Made by a program: the position numbers and the translations under genes
Source of the DNA: Anaeramoeba ignava BMAN
Taxonomy: Eukaryota > Protista > Anaeramoebae
Assembly (NCBI GenBank): GCA_028826165.1
Contig: JAPDFW010000115.1
Coordinates: 118,564 to 182,563 of the forward strand
Length of the DNA stretch: 64,000 nt
Reading direction: 5' to 3'
The notes under the pieces: model-generated
What the model was told of the DNA's origin: nothing
Databases searched by the model: none
The model's input: the letters and a program-made list of their open reading frames with translations, nothing else
Part shown: in pieces, positions 27,617-39,582 of the stretch
Layout of the letters: each line of letters opens with the position of its first letter
How positions within the stretch are numbered: the first letter of the stretch is position 1

Positions 27617-30600
27617 TTAATTTTTTTCTTTTTTTTCATTAATAATTAAATCAATAACAACTTGTTCAAGAGAAGAAGGTTCTAAACAACGTTCAACAGC
27701 ACTAGTTAAAACTTCATCAGAAAGTGGATTTAAAATAGAAGAGTCAACAAGATCATCAATACAAGAACGTAAATAAGTTAAATCAACTTGAATTTGTTGA
27801 AAACCGAATTTTCCAAAAGTTTTTTGTCTAACGGTTTCAAAAAAAGTTTTCATAATGTTTTTAACAATAGCTTCAAAAATTGAATCTCTATAATAATCAA
27901 CTTCTCCAAAAAGTTTGATTTTTTTTGAAAAAAGTCTGTCAATATTTGATTCAATTATTTGTAGTTGTCGATTTTCATGTTGTGATATTGAAAATGTTTT
28001 TTCACTTCGAAGCATTGCTGATGTTCTACTACTCCAACTACTTGTATCTGAATTTCTTCTTTCTCTTGTTTTTTGGAATTGTGGGAAAATTTGTGAAATA
28101 TGTGAATTTGCTTGAATAAGTTCTTCTCCAACTAATTGAATAGCCTTTTTAATTAAAAAATTTATAAAAAATTTATAAATAATTTTGAAATAATTTTGAA
28201 ATAAATTTTTGATATAAATTTACTAATCGAATGTTTTTTGGTTCATGAAAATTTAACCAATCTGGTGTCTCAATACTTTTAATTATCATTTGAGATACAT
28301 CTTGACTCAAACGATGAACATATTGATGTGCAAATTGTTTAGCTTTATGTCTCATTTCACTAATTAATCTTGACAAATGAACACTAGGAAGAATTCCATT
28401 TAATAATTTTGTAATTTTTTCTTCATCTTCTTTTGTTTTTGCTTGTTCGGATGAAATATATGATTTAATAGAATATCCTTTCTCATCAATTAAACAAGCA
28501 AAATCACCAACTAATTCTACAAGTTTATCTGAAATCAAAAGACATAACTTGGAAAATACTAAATATAATGAGACACTTGATGGCTTGATAATTTCTTCCA
28601 TTGAATTTGATTTTTTTGGATCAATTAATTTATTTTGTTCATTTTTTTCATTCCCTCCAATTTTTAAATTTTCAAATGATTTTTGTTCTTGATTTGATTG
28701 ATTATTAATTGAAGGTGATTTAACTGGGAAATGCACAATTGGATTGCTTTTATTTTTATTAATTGAAGTTTGAAATAATTCATAAACTAATGTGAAAAAT
28801 GTTCTGATTTGAATTTGAAGAAGTTTTTGTAATTTGGGTAAATGTTCTATTAATAATGAAGGTTGATTTGATTTAACTGATTCATTTTCAAATTCATTTT
28901 CTTGTGTTAACATTTCCATCTCAAAAAAAGGTGAAATACTTTCAGGAATAGTTTTGATTTGTTTGATTAAATATTGATAAAATTCTCGACAAATTTGATC
29001 CACATTTCCTAAATACTGATCTGGATTCTTTTTTTGTAAATTATTGTGTTTATTTAAATCCTTTTCATTTTCATTTTCGTTTTCATTTTCGTTTTCATTT
29101 TCATTTTCATTTTCGTTTTCATTTTCATTTTTAATTTTAATTTGTTTTTCTTTTTGATCATCCTTTGTTTTCATTTTGGAAATGAAATTTTTATTCATTT
29201 CATTTAATTTATGTCTAAAATCTTTTTCTAATAATATAAATTTAAATCCAATATGAAATTTTAAAACTTGTTGAATAAATTTTTTGAAATATCTTGTGAC
29301 AGTATTATCGGATAAAACAGATAACATTTTTGAAAAAGCTGAACAAATATTTTCTAATGCTGTTCTTATTGTAAGTGGATTTACAGCAGGCTTTTTTTTA
29401 GAGTAAATTTATAAATAAATTTATAAATAAATTTTTAAATAAATTTTTAAATAAATTTTTAAATAAATATATAAATAAATATTTAAATAAATATATAAAT
29501 AAATATATAAATAAATAAATAAATATATAAATAAATATATAAATAAATATATAAATAAATATATAAATAAATATATAAATAAATATATAAATAAATATAT
29601 AAATAAATATATAAATAAATTTATAAATAAATATATAAATAAATATATAAATAAATATATAAATAAATATATAAATAAATATATAAATAAATTTTTAAAT
29701 AAATATATAAATAAATTTTTAAATAAATATATAAATAAATATATAAATAAATATATAAATAATTATATAAATAAATATATAAATAAATATATAAATAAAT
29801 ATATAAATAAATATATAAATAAATATATAAATAAATTTTTAAATAATTATATAAATAAATTACATTTAATAATCTTGGTTTAATTAATGCAATGTATTGA
29901 TCAATTAGTTTTAAAATTTGTTCACGAAGTTTTTCTCGACTTTCTTCTGTATTTGTTGATTTAATATAATTTTTAGATTCATCAAGAAATAAATCATGAA
30001 AATCTAAACAAAACATTGTTAAAGGATGAAATAAAGCTTCTCTAAATTTTTCAATAAATGTTAATAATTCATCTTCTTGTTCTTGATCTTTTTCTTGACT
30101 AATTTTAAATTTGAATTTTAATTTTGATTTGAATTTAATTTTAAATTTGAATTTTAATTTAATTTTAATTTTAATTTTAATTTTGATTTTGATTTTTAAT
30201 TTTAATTTTAATTTTAATTTTAATTTTAATTTTAATTTTAAATTTAATTTTAATTTTAATTTTAATTTTGATTTTGATTTTTAATTTTAATTTTAATTTT
30301 AATTTTAATTTTAATTTTAATTTTAATTTTAATTTTAATTTTAATTTTAATTTAAATTTTAATTTAAATTTTGATTTTAATTTTGATTTTAAATTTAATT
30401 TTAATTTTGATTTTAATTTTAAGATTTTAATTTTAATTTTAATTTTAATTTTGATTTTAATTTAAATTTTGATTTTGATTTTGATTTTGATTTTAAATTT
30501 TAATTTTAATTTTAATTTTAATTTTAATTTTAATTTTAATTTTGATTTTAAATACATTTTCTCTTTTTCAAATTGAGTAATTATTGCATGAATTTGTTGA

Positions 30601-32422
30601 GTACGAAAATCAATAAAACTTTTCCGAACAATATTCAAAGGAGATTCCAAAATTAAAAGTAATTCAGCTGATTCTTTATTTTTTCGAGTTGTAATATTTT
30701 TAAATAAAATTTGTTTAAGTTTTGAAATGATTTCATTGCATTCATTATAAATGTTTGCAAAAGAAGGAAGATTTTGATGTTGATTTAAAACTCTTTTTGA
30801 AGCAATATAATAATTGGCAGCTTGTGAATAATCTTCAAATTCTAAACATTTATTTAATCTTGATGGCAATTCAAATAGAAATTGTAATTTATTTAATAAT
30901 CTGTGAATTCCTGTTAATTGTTCAATTTTTTCTCGTTTTGGTTCTAAATTTGTTGATATTTCTGTGCTTATTTTTTCAATTTCATTAATTTTTTCTTGTA
31001 ATTTTTGCATTTCTGATTCCATATTTTCAACATTTGATTTCATCTAAAACAATTATAAATATTAATATAAATATAAATATAAATATCAATATAAATTTAA
31101 ATATAAATTTAAATATAAATTTAAATATAAATATTTAAAATATAAATATTTAAAATATAAATATTTAAAATATAAATATTTAAAATATAAATATTTAAAA
31201 TATAAATATAAATATTAAAAATATAAATATAAATATTTAAAATATAAATATAAATATTTAAAATATAAATATAAATATAAATATTTAAAATATAAATATA
31301 AATATTTAAAATATAAATATAAATATTTAAAATATAAATATAAATATAAATATTTAAAATATAAATATAAATATAAATATAAATATAAATATAAATATAA
31401 ATATTTAAAATATAAATATAAATATAAATATTTAAAATATAAATATAAATATAAATATTTAAAATATAAATATAAATATTTAAAATATAAATTTAAATAT
31501 AATTACTTTTCGAATTGTATCTGTTCCAGAAATAAATTTATTATAATTATCCATTACAAGATTTTGTAAATTTGTATCTAATCCATTTAATTCTAAATTT
31601 TTTTAAAAAAAAATCAAAAGGAAAAATTTTTAATAATTAGAAAATGAAAAACAAATAAAATTAAATACCATTTATAATTTCTTCATCAATGTTAATAAGT
31701 TTAGAAAGAGAATTTTCTTGAAGTAATTTTTGAAAATATCTTTGTTTTTAATTTTGTTTTTAATTTTTAAATTTGAATTTTAATTTTAAATTTTAAATTT
31801 TGTTTTTATTTTTTTTTTAATTTTAATTTTGTTTTTAAATTTGTTTTTAATTTTTAATTTTAATTTGATTTTAATTTTTAAATTTGTTTTTAATTTTAAT
31901 TTGAATTTTAATTTTAAATTTAATTTTGTTTTTAATTTTGTTTTAAATTTTGTTTTTAAATTTGTTTTTAATTTTTAATTTTAATTTGATTTTAATTTTA
32001 ATTTTGATTATAATTTTAATTTTGATTTTAATTTTAAATTTGTTTTAATTTTAATTTTAAATTTGATTTTAATTTTAATTTTAAATTTGTTTTTAAATTT
32101 TAATTTGAATTTTAATTTTGTTTTTAATTTTAATTTTGTTTTTGTTTTTGTTTTTAATTTTAATTTTGAATTTTGTTTTTAAATTTTAATTTTAATTTTA
32201 ATTTTAATTTTAAATTTAATTTTGTTTTTAATTTTAATTTTAATTTTAAATTTGTTTTTAAATTTGTTTTTGTTGATACTTTTCTGAATCAAATAATCCA
32301 CTATTAATATTTAAAATACCAGGTTCTGATTGTTGTAAATTTTCATTATCATCTTTTTGAATTTCTCCATAATAAGATCTTAATAAATTTTTAAGTCTTT
32401 GTTTAGTTTCTTCTTCAACCAT
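27617..32422 (-). CDS. VPS51: GARP/EARP complex subunit VPS51 (Ang2)
   Basis: Exons 32422-32280, 31739-31669, 31592-31507, 31043-30556, 30098-29864, 29390-28224, 28144-27617. Motifs [76 protein letters not shown]. Confidence 0.95.
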
Positions 32423-32598
32423 AATTTTAAAAAAAAAAAGAAAAAGAAAAAAATGAAAAAAACTTTTTTCTCCTTTTAAAATAAAAATTATTTTTCTTCT
32501 TTTTAAATTTTTTTTTATTTTTTCATTTTTTTCATTTTTTTCATTTTTTTCTTTTTCATTTTAACAAACAAAAAAAAAAACATTTAAATTTTTAAATA

Positions 32599-34956
32599 AT
32601 GTCAAATCCTTTTTATACTTTTTCACAAAACTTGGAAACAATGACAATTACATTTCCAGTTCCAACAGGAACAAGAAAACGAGATATTGACATTGACATT
32701 CAAGATGACCACATTTCCGTTGGTTTAAAAAATTCTTCTCCAATTATTTGTGGTGAATTTACTGGACCAATTTTATCATCAGATTTAAATTGGCAAATTG
32801 AAGATTCTCGTCTTATTACAATTTCTCTTGATAAAAGAAAACCAGCTATGTGGCCTATTGTTGTTAATGCTCCTTATAAAGATGTTATTGATCCTCATTC
32901 TTTGTATTTTTGCCTTTTTTTTTTTCTTAAAATTCAAATTCATTTATAAAATTAATATTAAATTAAAATTAAAATTAAAATTAAAATTAAAATTAAAATT
33001 AAAAATAAAATTAAAATTAAAATTAAAATTAAAATTAAAATTAAAATTAAAATTAAAATTAAAATTAAAATTAAAATTAAAATTAAAATTAAAATTAAAA
33101 TTAAAATTAAAATTAAAATTAAAATTAAAATTAAAATTCAAATTAAAATTAAAAATAAAATTAAAATTAAAATTTATAAAATTAAAATTGAAATTAAAAT
33201 TAAAATTAAAATTAAAAATTAAAATTAAAAATTAAAATTCAAAATTAAAATTAAAATTAAAATTCATTTATAAAATTAATATTAAAATTAAAATAAAATT
33301 AAAATTAAAAAATTAAAATTAAAATCAAAATTAAAATTAAAATTAAAATTAAAATTAAAATTAAAATAAAAAATTAAAATTAAAATTAAAATTAAAATTA
33401 AAATTAAAATTAAAATTAAAATTAAAAATTAAAATTAAAAATAAAATTAAAATTAAAATTAAAATTAAATTAAAATTAAAGTCAATATTATGAAGGTGAA
33501 GGCGATTTTAAACAAGCTTATGAATATCTTATTGTTAGTGCAAATCAAGGACATGCAACTGCAATGTATAAAATGGCAGCTTTATTTACTTATGGAAATC
33601 CACATTATCAAATTGAAATTGATAAAGAACAAGCATTTAGTTGGTGGAAAAAATCTGCAAAAACTAATAACCAAACAGCTCAATTTATGGTAAAATCAAA
33701 AATAAAATTAAAATTAAAATTAAAATTATAAAATTTAAAATTAAAATTAAAATTAAAATTAAAATTAAAATTAAAATTAAATTTAAAATTTAAATTATAA
33801 TCAAATTTAAAATTAAAATTATAATCAAATTTAAAATTAAAATTAAAATTAAAATTAAAATTAAAATCAAAATTCAAATTGAAATTAAAATTAAAATCAA
33901 AAACAAAAACAAAATTAAAATCAAAATTAAAATTAAGGTTGGAAATTGTTATCATTTTGGAGAAGGTTGTGAAAAAAATTATAAAAAAGCTGAAAAATAT
34001 TATCAAATTGCAAGAAAAAATGAATCAAACATTGCTTCAATGAATTTAGGATATTTATATTATGAAGGAGGTTTGAAATTAGAATTTGAAATTAAAATTA
34101 AAATTAAAATTAAAATTCAAATTAAAAATCAAAATTAGAAATTAAAATTAAAATTAAATTTAAATTTAAAATTAAAATTAAAATTAAAATTAAAAATTAA
34201 AATCAAAATTAAAATTAAAATTAAAATTAAAATTAAAATTAAAATTAAAATTTAAATTTAAAATTAAAAATTAAAATTTAAATTTAAAATTAAAAATTAA
34301 AAATTAAAATTAAATTTAAAATTAAAATTAAAATTAAAATTAAAATTAAAATTTAAATTAAAAATTAAAAAGATGAATTTATTCCAAAAGATGATGCTTT
34401 AGCAGTTAAATATTGGACAGAAGCAGCAGAACTTTATCAACAAGCAGAAGCAATGAAGAATTTATCAGCAATGTATGGACAAGGTTATGGAGTTGAAAAA
34501 GATATGGAAAAATCTAAAGAATATCTTATTAAAGCAATTAAACTAGATCCAAATTTACAAATCCCAAAAGAACTTTATGATTTAGTTTTTGGAAATTTAG
34601 AACAAACAGAAAATATTAATGAAAATGAAAATGAAAATGAAAATGAAAATGAAAATGAAAATGAAAATGAAAATGAAAATGAAAATGAAAATGAAAATGA
34701 AGAATTAAAAGAAAGAAAAATAATAAATGATGAAAAAGTTAAAGATGTTCAAAATGAAGAAATAAAAATAATAAATGATGAGAAAAGTGAAGATGATGAA
34801 GATGAAGATGATGATGATGATGAAAAAGTAAATGAAAATGTATTTGAAAAAGTAACTCATAAAGTTAAAGAAAAAGCTACAAAATTATTTTCAGATTATT
34901 GGCTTGTTGGTTCAATTGCTTTAGCTGGTGCTTTTTTAGTTCATAAATTCAAATGA
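32599..34956 (+). CDS. CS (p23/Hsp20-like) domain + SEL1/TPR repeats + C-terminal tail anchor
   Basis: Exons 32599-32903, 33482-33689, 33938-34070, 34373-34956. CS domain YTFSQNLETMTITFPVP...WQIED...ITISLDK...WP. SEL1-type repeats (AQFMVGNCYHFGEGCEKNYKKA; AMKNLSAMYGQGYGVEKDMEKS). Acidic linker, then terminal TM plus basic tail DYWLVGSIALAGAFLVHKFK*. Confidence 0.88.
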
Positions 34957-35502
34957 TTTTAAGATTCTTTTTCAATTAAATCAATTTAATTCATTTAATT
35001 TTTTTTTTATTTTTTTTTTTTTTTAGAAATCAAAATTAAAATTAAAATTAAATTTACAATTAAAATCAAAATTAAAATTAAATTTAAAATTAAAATTGAA
35101 ATCAAAATTAAAATCCAAAATTAAATTCAAAATTAAAATTAAAATTAAAATTAAAATTAAAATTAAAATTAAAATTAAAATTAAAATTAAAATTAAAATA
35201 AAAATTAAAATAAAAATTAAAATCAAAATTAAAAAATAAAAATTAAAATTAAAATTAAAATTAAAATTAAAATTAAAATTAAAATTAAAATTAAAATTAA
35301 AATTAAAATTAAAATTAAAATTAAAATTAAAATCAAAATTAAAATTAAAATTAAAATTAAAATTATTAAAAATTAAAATTAAAAAATGAATTTGGAGTTT
35401 ATTAAAAAAAATTATTAAATTTTCCTTTTCCAAAAAAAAAAGTGGAATAAAAAATAAAGATTAATTTTCATTTCATTTAATTTAATTTAATTTAATTTGA
35501 TT

Positions 35503-36837
35503 TCAACGTATAACAACCAAATCAGGATAACGTTCTTTAATTGTTTCAAATAAATTATCATCAGAACAAATTAAAGTACAACCACGAATATCCAAATAAG
35601 TCAAAGATCTTGCATCAGCAAGCAAATGATAAATAGAATCAGGAGAAATATGATGTAATTTAGACATTTCCATCCTTTTCAAATGAGTCAATTTAGGAAT
35701 TCCTTCTCGAGAAAATGATTTATTAGTCAATTTACAACCAGAAATACATAAAGATTCAAGAGAATTATTATTTGAGAACAAAACATGTATTCCTGAGTCA
35801 GTAACACCAAAACAAGAGTGCAATTCAAGATGTTCAATGTTCCAACAATTTATTCCCAAAACTAAAAGTGATGAATCACTTATTGAACAACCTGATAAAG
35901 AAAGACCAATTAATTTTTCCCCAAATTTTTTCCCGATTTTTTTAATCGAAGAATCTGTCACTAACATACACCAAGATATATCAAGGATTTTCAACGAGGA
36001 GCACCTAACAAGTTGAGAAACTCCATAATCAGTGATTTTCATGCACATTGAAAAACGTGCAACTTCTAATCGAGGAAAATTACTTGGAATTTCAACTAGT
36101 AATTTATCTGTTATTTTTGAACATCCAGAAACATTTAAAACATGTAAATTTGAAAATGTGAGTTTTGGATTGATTTCCAAATCTAAATTGATTTCCATTT
36201 CATTTGATTTTTTCTTATTTTTCTCTTCTTGTTTTTTTTCTTTTTCTTTTTCTTTTTCTTTTTCTTTTTCTTTTTGTTTTCTTTTTCGAATTTTTTGATT
36301 TGAATATTTTTCTTCTTGATCATTAGAATCCAAATCCAAATCGATATCATGATTTTGATTGTCAATAATCAAAGAACGTGAGTTATCCATATCAACAATA
36401 ATATTGCTATTATTTTGATTGAAATTTTTGCGATGAAAAAATTCCACTTGTGAATTTATTTGGGGATTTTTATCCTTTTTTGGCATAAAAGAAAAAAAGA
36501 AATTATCAGTAATTCTTTCGCAATTAGAAAGATCTAAAAGACTAATGTTTTGGCATGATGATAAAAAGACTCCTGAATTGTCAGTTATAAAAGGAGAAGA
36601 AATGATTAAACTTTTTGGATCGTAATTTGATAATAAAATTTCTAATTGAGTATCATTGATAACTGTGTTTGTGCTTATTAATATTTGTTCTATGATTCCT
36701 TCTGGAAGTTCTTTTATTAGCTGTGATTTTAGAATTCCCATGTTGTTTTTGATGTGATCTAAGCAAATTTCTTGCAATGTTGGAATTTCTTCCATTTTTA
36801 TATCAATTTCTCTTTCAAGTTCTATTATGCTATCCAT
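35503..36837 (-). CDS. Cys-containing leucine-rich repeat protein (AMN1/FBXL-like)
   Basis: Intronless 444-aa ORF with N-terminal PTLQEICL and repeated L.LSGC..ITD units. Confidence 0.9.
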   Translation of the reverse strand: MDSIIELEREIDIKMEEIPTLQEICLDHIKNNMGILKSQLIKELPEGIIEQILISTNTVINDTQLEILLSNYDPKSLIISSPFITDNSGVFLSSCQNISLLDLSNCERITDNFFFSFMPKKDKNPQINSQVEFFHRKNFNQNNSNIIVDMDNSRSLIIDNQNHDIDLDLDSNDQEEKYSNQKIRKRKQKEKEKEKEKEKEKKQEEKNKKKSNEMEINLDLEINPKLTFSNLHVLNVSGCSKITDKLLVEIPSNFPRLEVARFSMCMKITDYGVSQLVRCSSLKILDISWCMLVTDSSIKKIGKKFGEKLIGLSLSGCSISDSSLLVLGINCWNIEHLELHSCFGVTDSGIHVLFSNNNSLESLCISGCKLTNKSFSREGIPKLTHLKRMEMSKLHHISPDSIYHLLADARSLTYLDIRGCTLICSDDNLFETIKERYPDLVVIR

Positions 36838-37099
36838 TATAAAATGTTTCCAAATTTTGTTTTTATTTAATTTTATTTGATTGTTTTTGTTTGATTAAAA
36901 ATTTAAATGAAAAAAAAATGAAAAAATGAAAAATAAAAAAAAAATAAAAATTTTTCCTCTTTTTATTTTTTTATTTTTTTTTTCTCCATTTTCATTTTTG
37001 ATTTTTGATCAATTTAAAACGAAAAATTTTTTTGTAAATTTTCCATTTTTTTCTTTTTTATTTTTCGATTTCATTTACTTTTTATTTTTATTGTAAATA

Positions 37100-38405
37100 T
37101 TTTAATCAAATAAATCTAATTCAATTCAAATTCAAATTCAAATAAATTCAAATAAATTCAAATAAATTCAAATAAATTCAATTCACCATCAAATCAATTC
37201 AAATCAAATAAAATCAATTTCAAATTCAATTACGTTTCATCAAATTTCATCAAATCAAAATAATATTTCATCAAATCAAAATAAATTAAATTCAAATCAA
37301 AATAAATATTATTTCATGAATTAAATTCAATTAAATCAAATCAAATCAAATCAAATCAATTCACCATCAATCGAATTTAATAAATCAAATCAAATCAATT
37401 TAAATAAATTTAAATCAATTTAAATCAATTCATCACTAATCCAAAAAATTAATTCAAATCACCATCATTCAAATTTAATCAAATCAATTCAAATTCAAAT
37501 TTAATCAAATTTAATCAAATCAAATTAAATCAATCCAAATCAAATTAAATCAATTCAAATCAAATTAAATCAATTCAAATTAAATAAATTCAATCAAATC
37601 AAATTAAATCAATCCAAATCAAATTTAATCAAATTAAATCAATTTAAATCAATTTAAATTAAATTAAATCAAATTAAATAAAATCAATTTCAAATTCAAT
37701 TACGTTTCATCAAATTTCATCAAATCAAAATAATATTTCATCAAATCAAAATAAATTAAATTCAAATCAAAATAAATATTATTTCATGAATTCAATTCAA
37801 TTAAATTCAAATTAAATTCAAATTAAATAAATTCAAATCACATCAATTTAAATAAATTTAAATCAATTCATCACTAATCCAAAAAATTAATTCAAATCAA
37901 TTCACCATCAATCAATTCAAATCAAATTAAATCAATTCAAATTTAAATCAATTCAAATTAAATTAAATCAAATCAATTTAAATCAAATCAAATTAAATCA
38001 ATTTAAATCAATTTAAATTAAATTAAATTCAATCAATCCAAATTAAATCAATTAAATTTAAATCAATTCACCATCATTCAAATTTAAATCAAATCAAATT
38101 AAATTAAATCAAATTTAATCAAATCCAAATTAAATCAATTCACCATCAAATCCAAATCAAATTTCATCAAATTAAATTTAATCAATTCAAATCAATTTAA
38201 ATCAATTCAAATCAATTTAAATCAATTTAAATCAATTCAAATCAAATTCAAATTTAAATTAAATCAATTCAAATTAAATCAATTCAAATCAAATCAAATT
38301 CAAATTTAAATCAAATTTAATCAATTCAAATTAAATCAAATTTAAATCAATCCAAAAAATCAATTTAAATCAAATTCGAATTAAATCAATCCAAAAAATT
38401 AATTT
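37100..38405. repeat. G-free low-complexity intergenic region (AAATC/AATTC units) with an internal duplication at offset 470
   Basis: 37211-37322 is repeated at 37681-37792; only about six G on the + strand in 1.3 kb. Confidence 0.85.
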
Positions 38406-38430
38406 AATCAAAAATATAAAAAAAAATAAG

Positions 38431-39378
38431 ATGTCACACCCAACAACACCAATTCATGTACGACTAATTGAGGCAAAAGGACTAAAATCAGCAGATATCG
38501 GTGGCAAAAGTGATCCATATGTAACACTTTCAATCAATGGAATTAGACCATTTCACAAATCAAAAATCCAAAAGGCAACACTTGATCCAGTTTGGAATGA
38601 AGATTTCCAATTAAATGTTAAAGATCCAGATAAAGATATCGTTTTGATTGGTATTTCTGATTGGGATAGAATTGGAGCTCATGATTTATTAGGTTTTATT
38701 CGTTTGAGAGTTTCTGAATTTTTGAATCGAGAACCACATGATATTTGGAGAGATTGTGAAGGAAGAAAACCAGGAACAAAAGAAAAAGGTGAATAAAAAA
38801 AAATATTTGATATTTTTGAAAGTTACCTTTTTATTTTTTCTTCTTTTTGAATTTTATTTTGATTTTTAATTTGAATTTTATTTTGATTAGGCAAAGTTCA
38901 TATGGTTATTCATTATCTTCCAAAAGGAATCCCTTTTGAAGTAGAAAAAAAACATACTAAAATTGAACAACAACCACAAGTTCAAATTCAACAACAACCA
39001 CAAGTTCAAATTCAACAACAACCTCAATTCCAACCTCAATATCAACAACAACCTCAATTCCAACAACAACAACCTCAATTCCAATATCAACAACAACAAC
39101 AACCTCAATTCCAACCTCAATATCAACAACAACAACAACCTCAAATGGGTTTCGGAATGCAAATGCAACAACCTCAAATGGGATTTGGAATGCAAATGCA
39201 ACAACCTCAAATGGGTTTCGGAATGCAAATGCCTCAGCCTCAAATGGATTTTGGAATGCAAATGCAACAACCTTCAATGTTGAATCCAATGAGTGGTTTT
39301 GGTTTAGCTGTTACTGGTTTTTCTACTCCAGATCAATATAAGAAAAAACACAAAAAGAAAAAATCAAGCAGTTCTTAA
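38431..39378 (+). CDS. C2-domain protein with Q/P/M/G-rich low-complexity tail
   Basis: Exons 38431-38788 and 38891-39378. C2 motifs EAKGLKSADIGGKSDPYV, TLDPVWNE, DWDRIGAHDLLG (Ca-binding Asp residues present). QQQPQF and QQPQMGFGMQM repeats; ends KKKHKKKKSSSS*. Confidence 0.93.
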
Positions 39379-39582
39379 TTTTCTTCTTAATTTTCTTCTT
39401 AATTTTCTTCTTAATTTTCTTTTTCTTTTTCTTCTTTTTTTATATTCCACTTTTTTTTTTGCTTTTCCTATTTCTTTCAAAATTCTCATTCTTCTTTCTA
39501 TTTTTACTTTTTCATTTCCAAATTCAATTGGTTTAAAATAAAAAACAATTCAAAAAAAGATAAATTTTATTAAATTTTTTTA

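Noticed and set aside
32904-33481. Missing micro-exon in the CS-SEL1 gene (junction DPHSF|QYYE looks a few residues short)
   Set aside because: The GT-AG junction is in frame as it stands and no candidate micro-exon is visible in the repeat; cannot be supported without cDNA.
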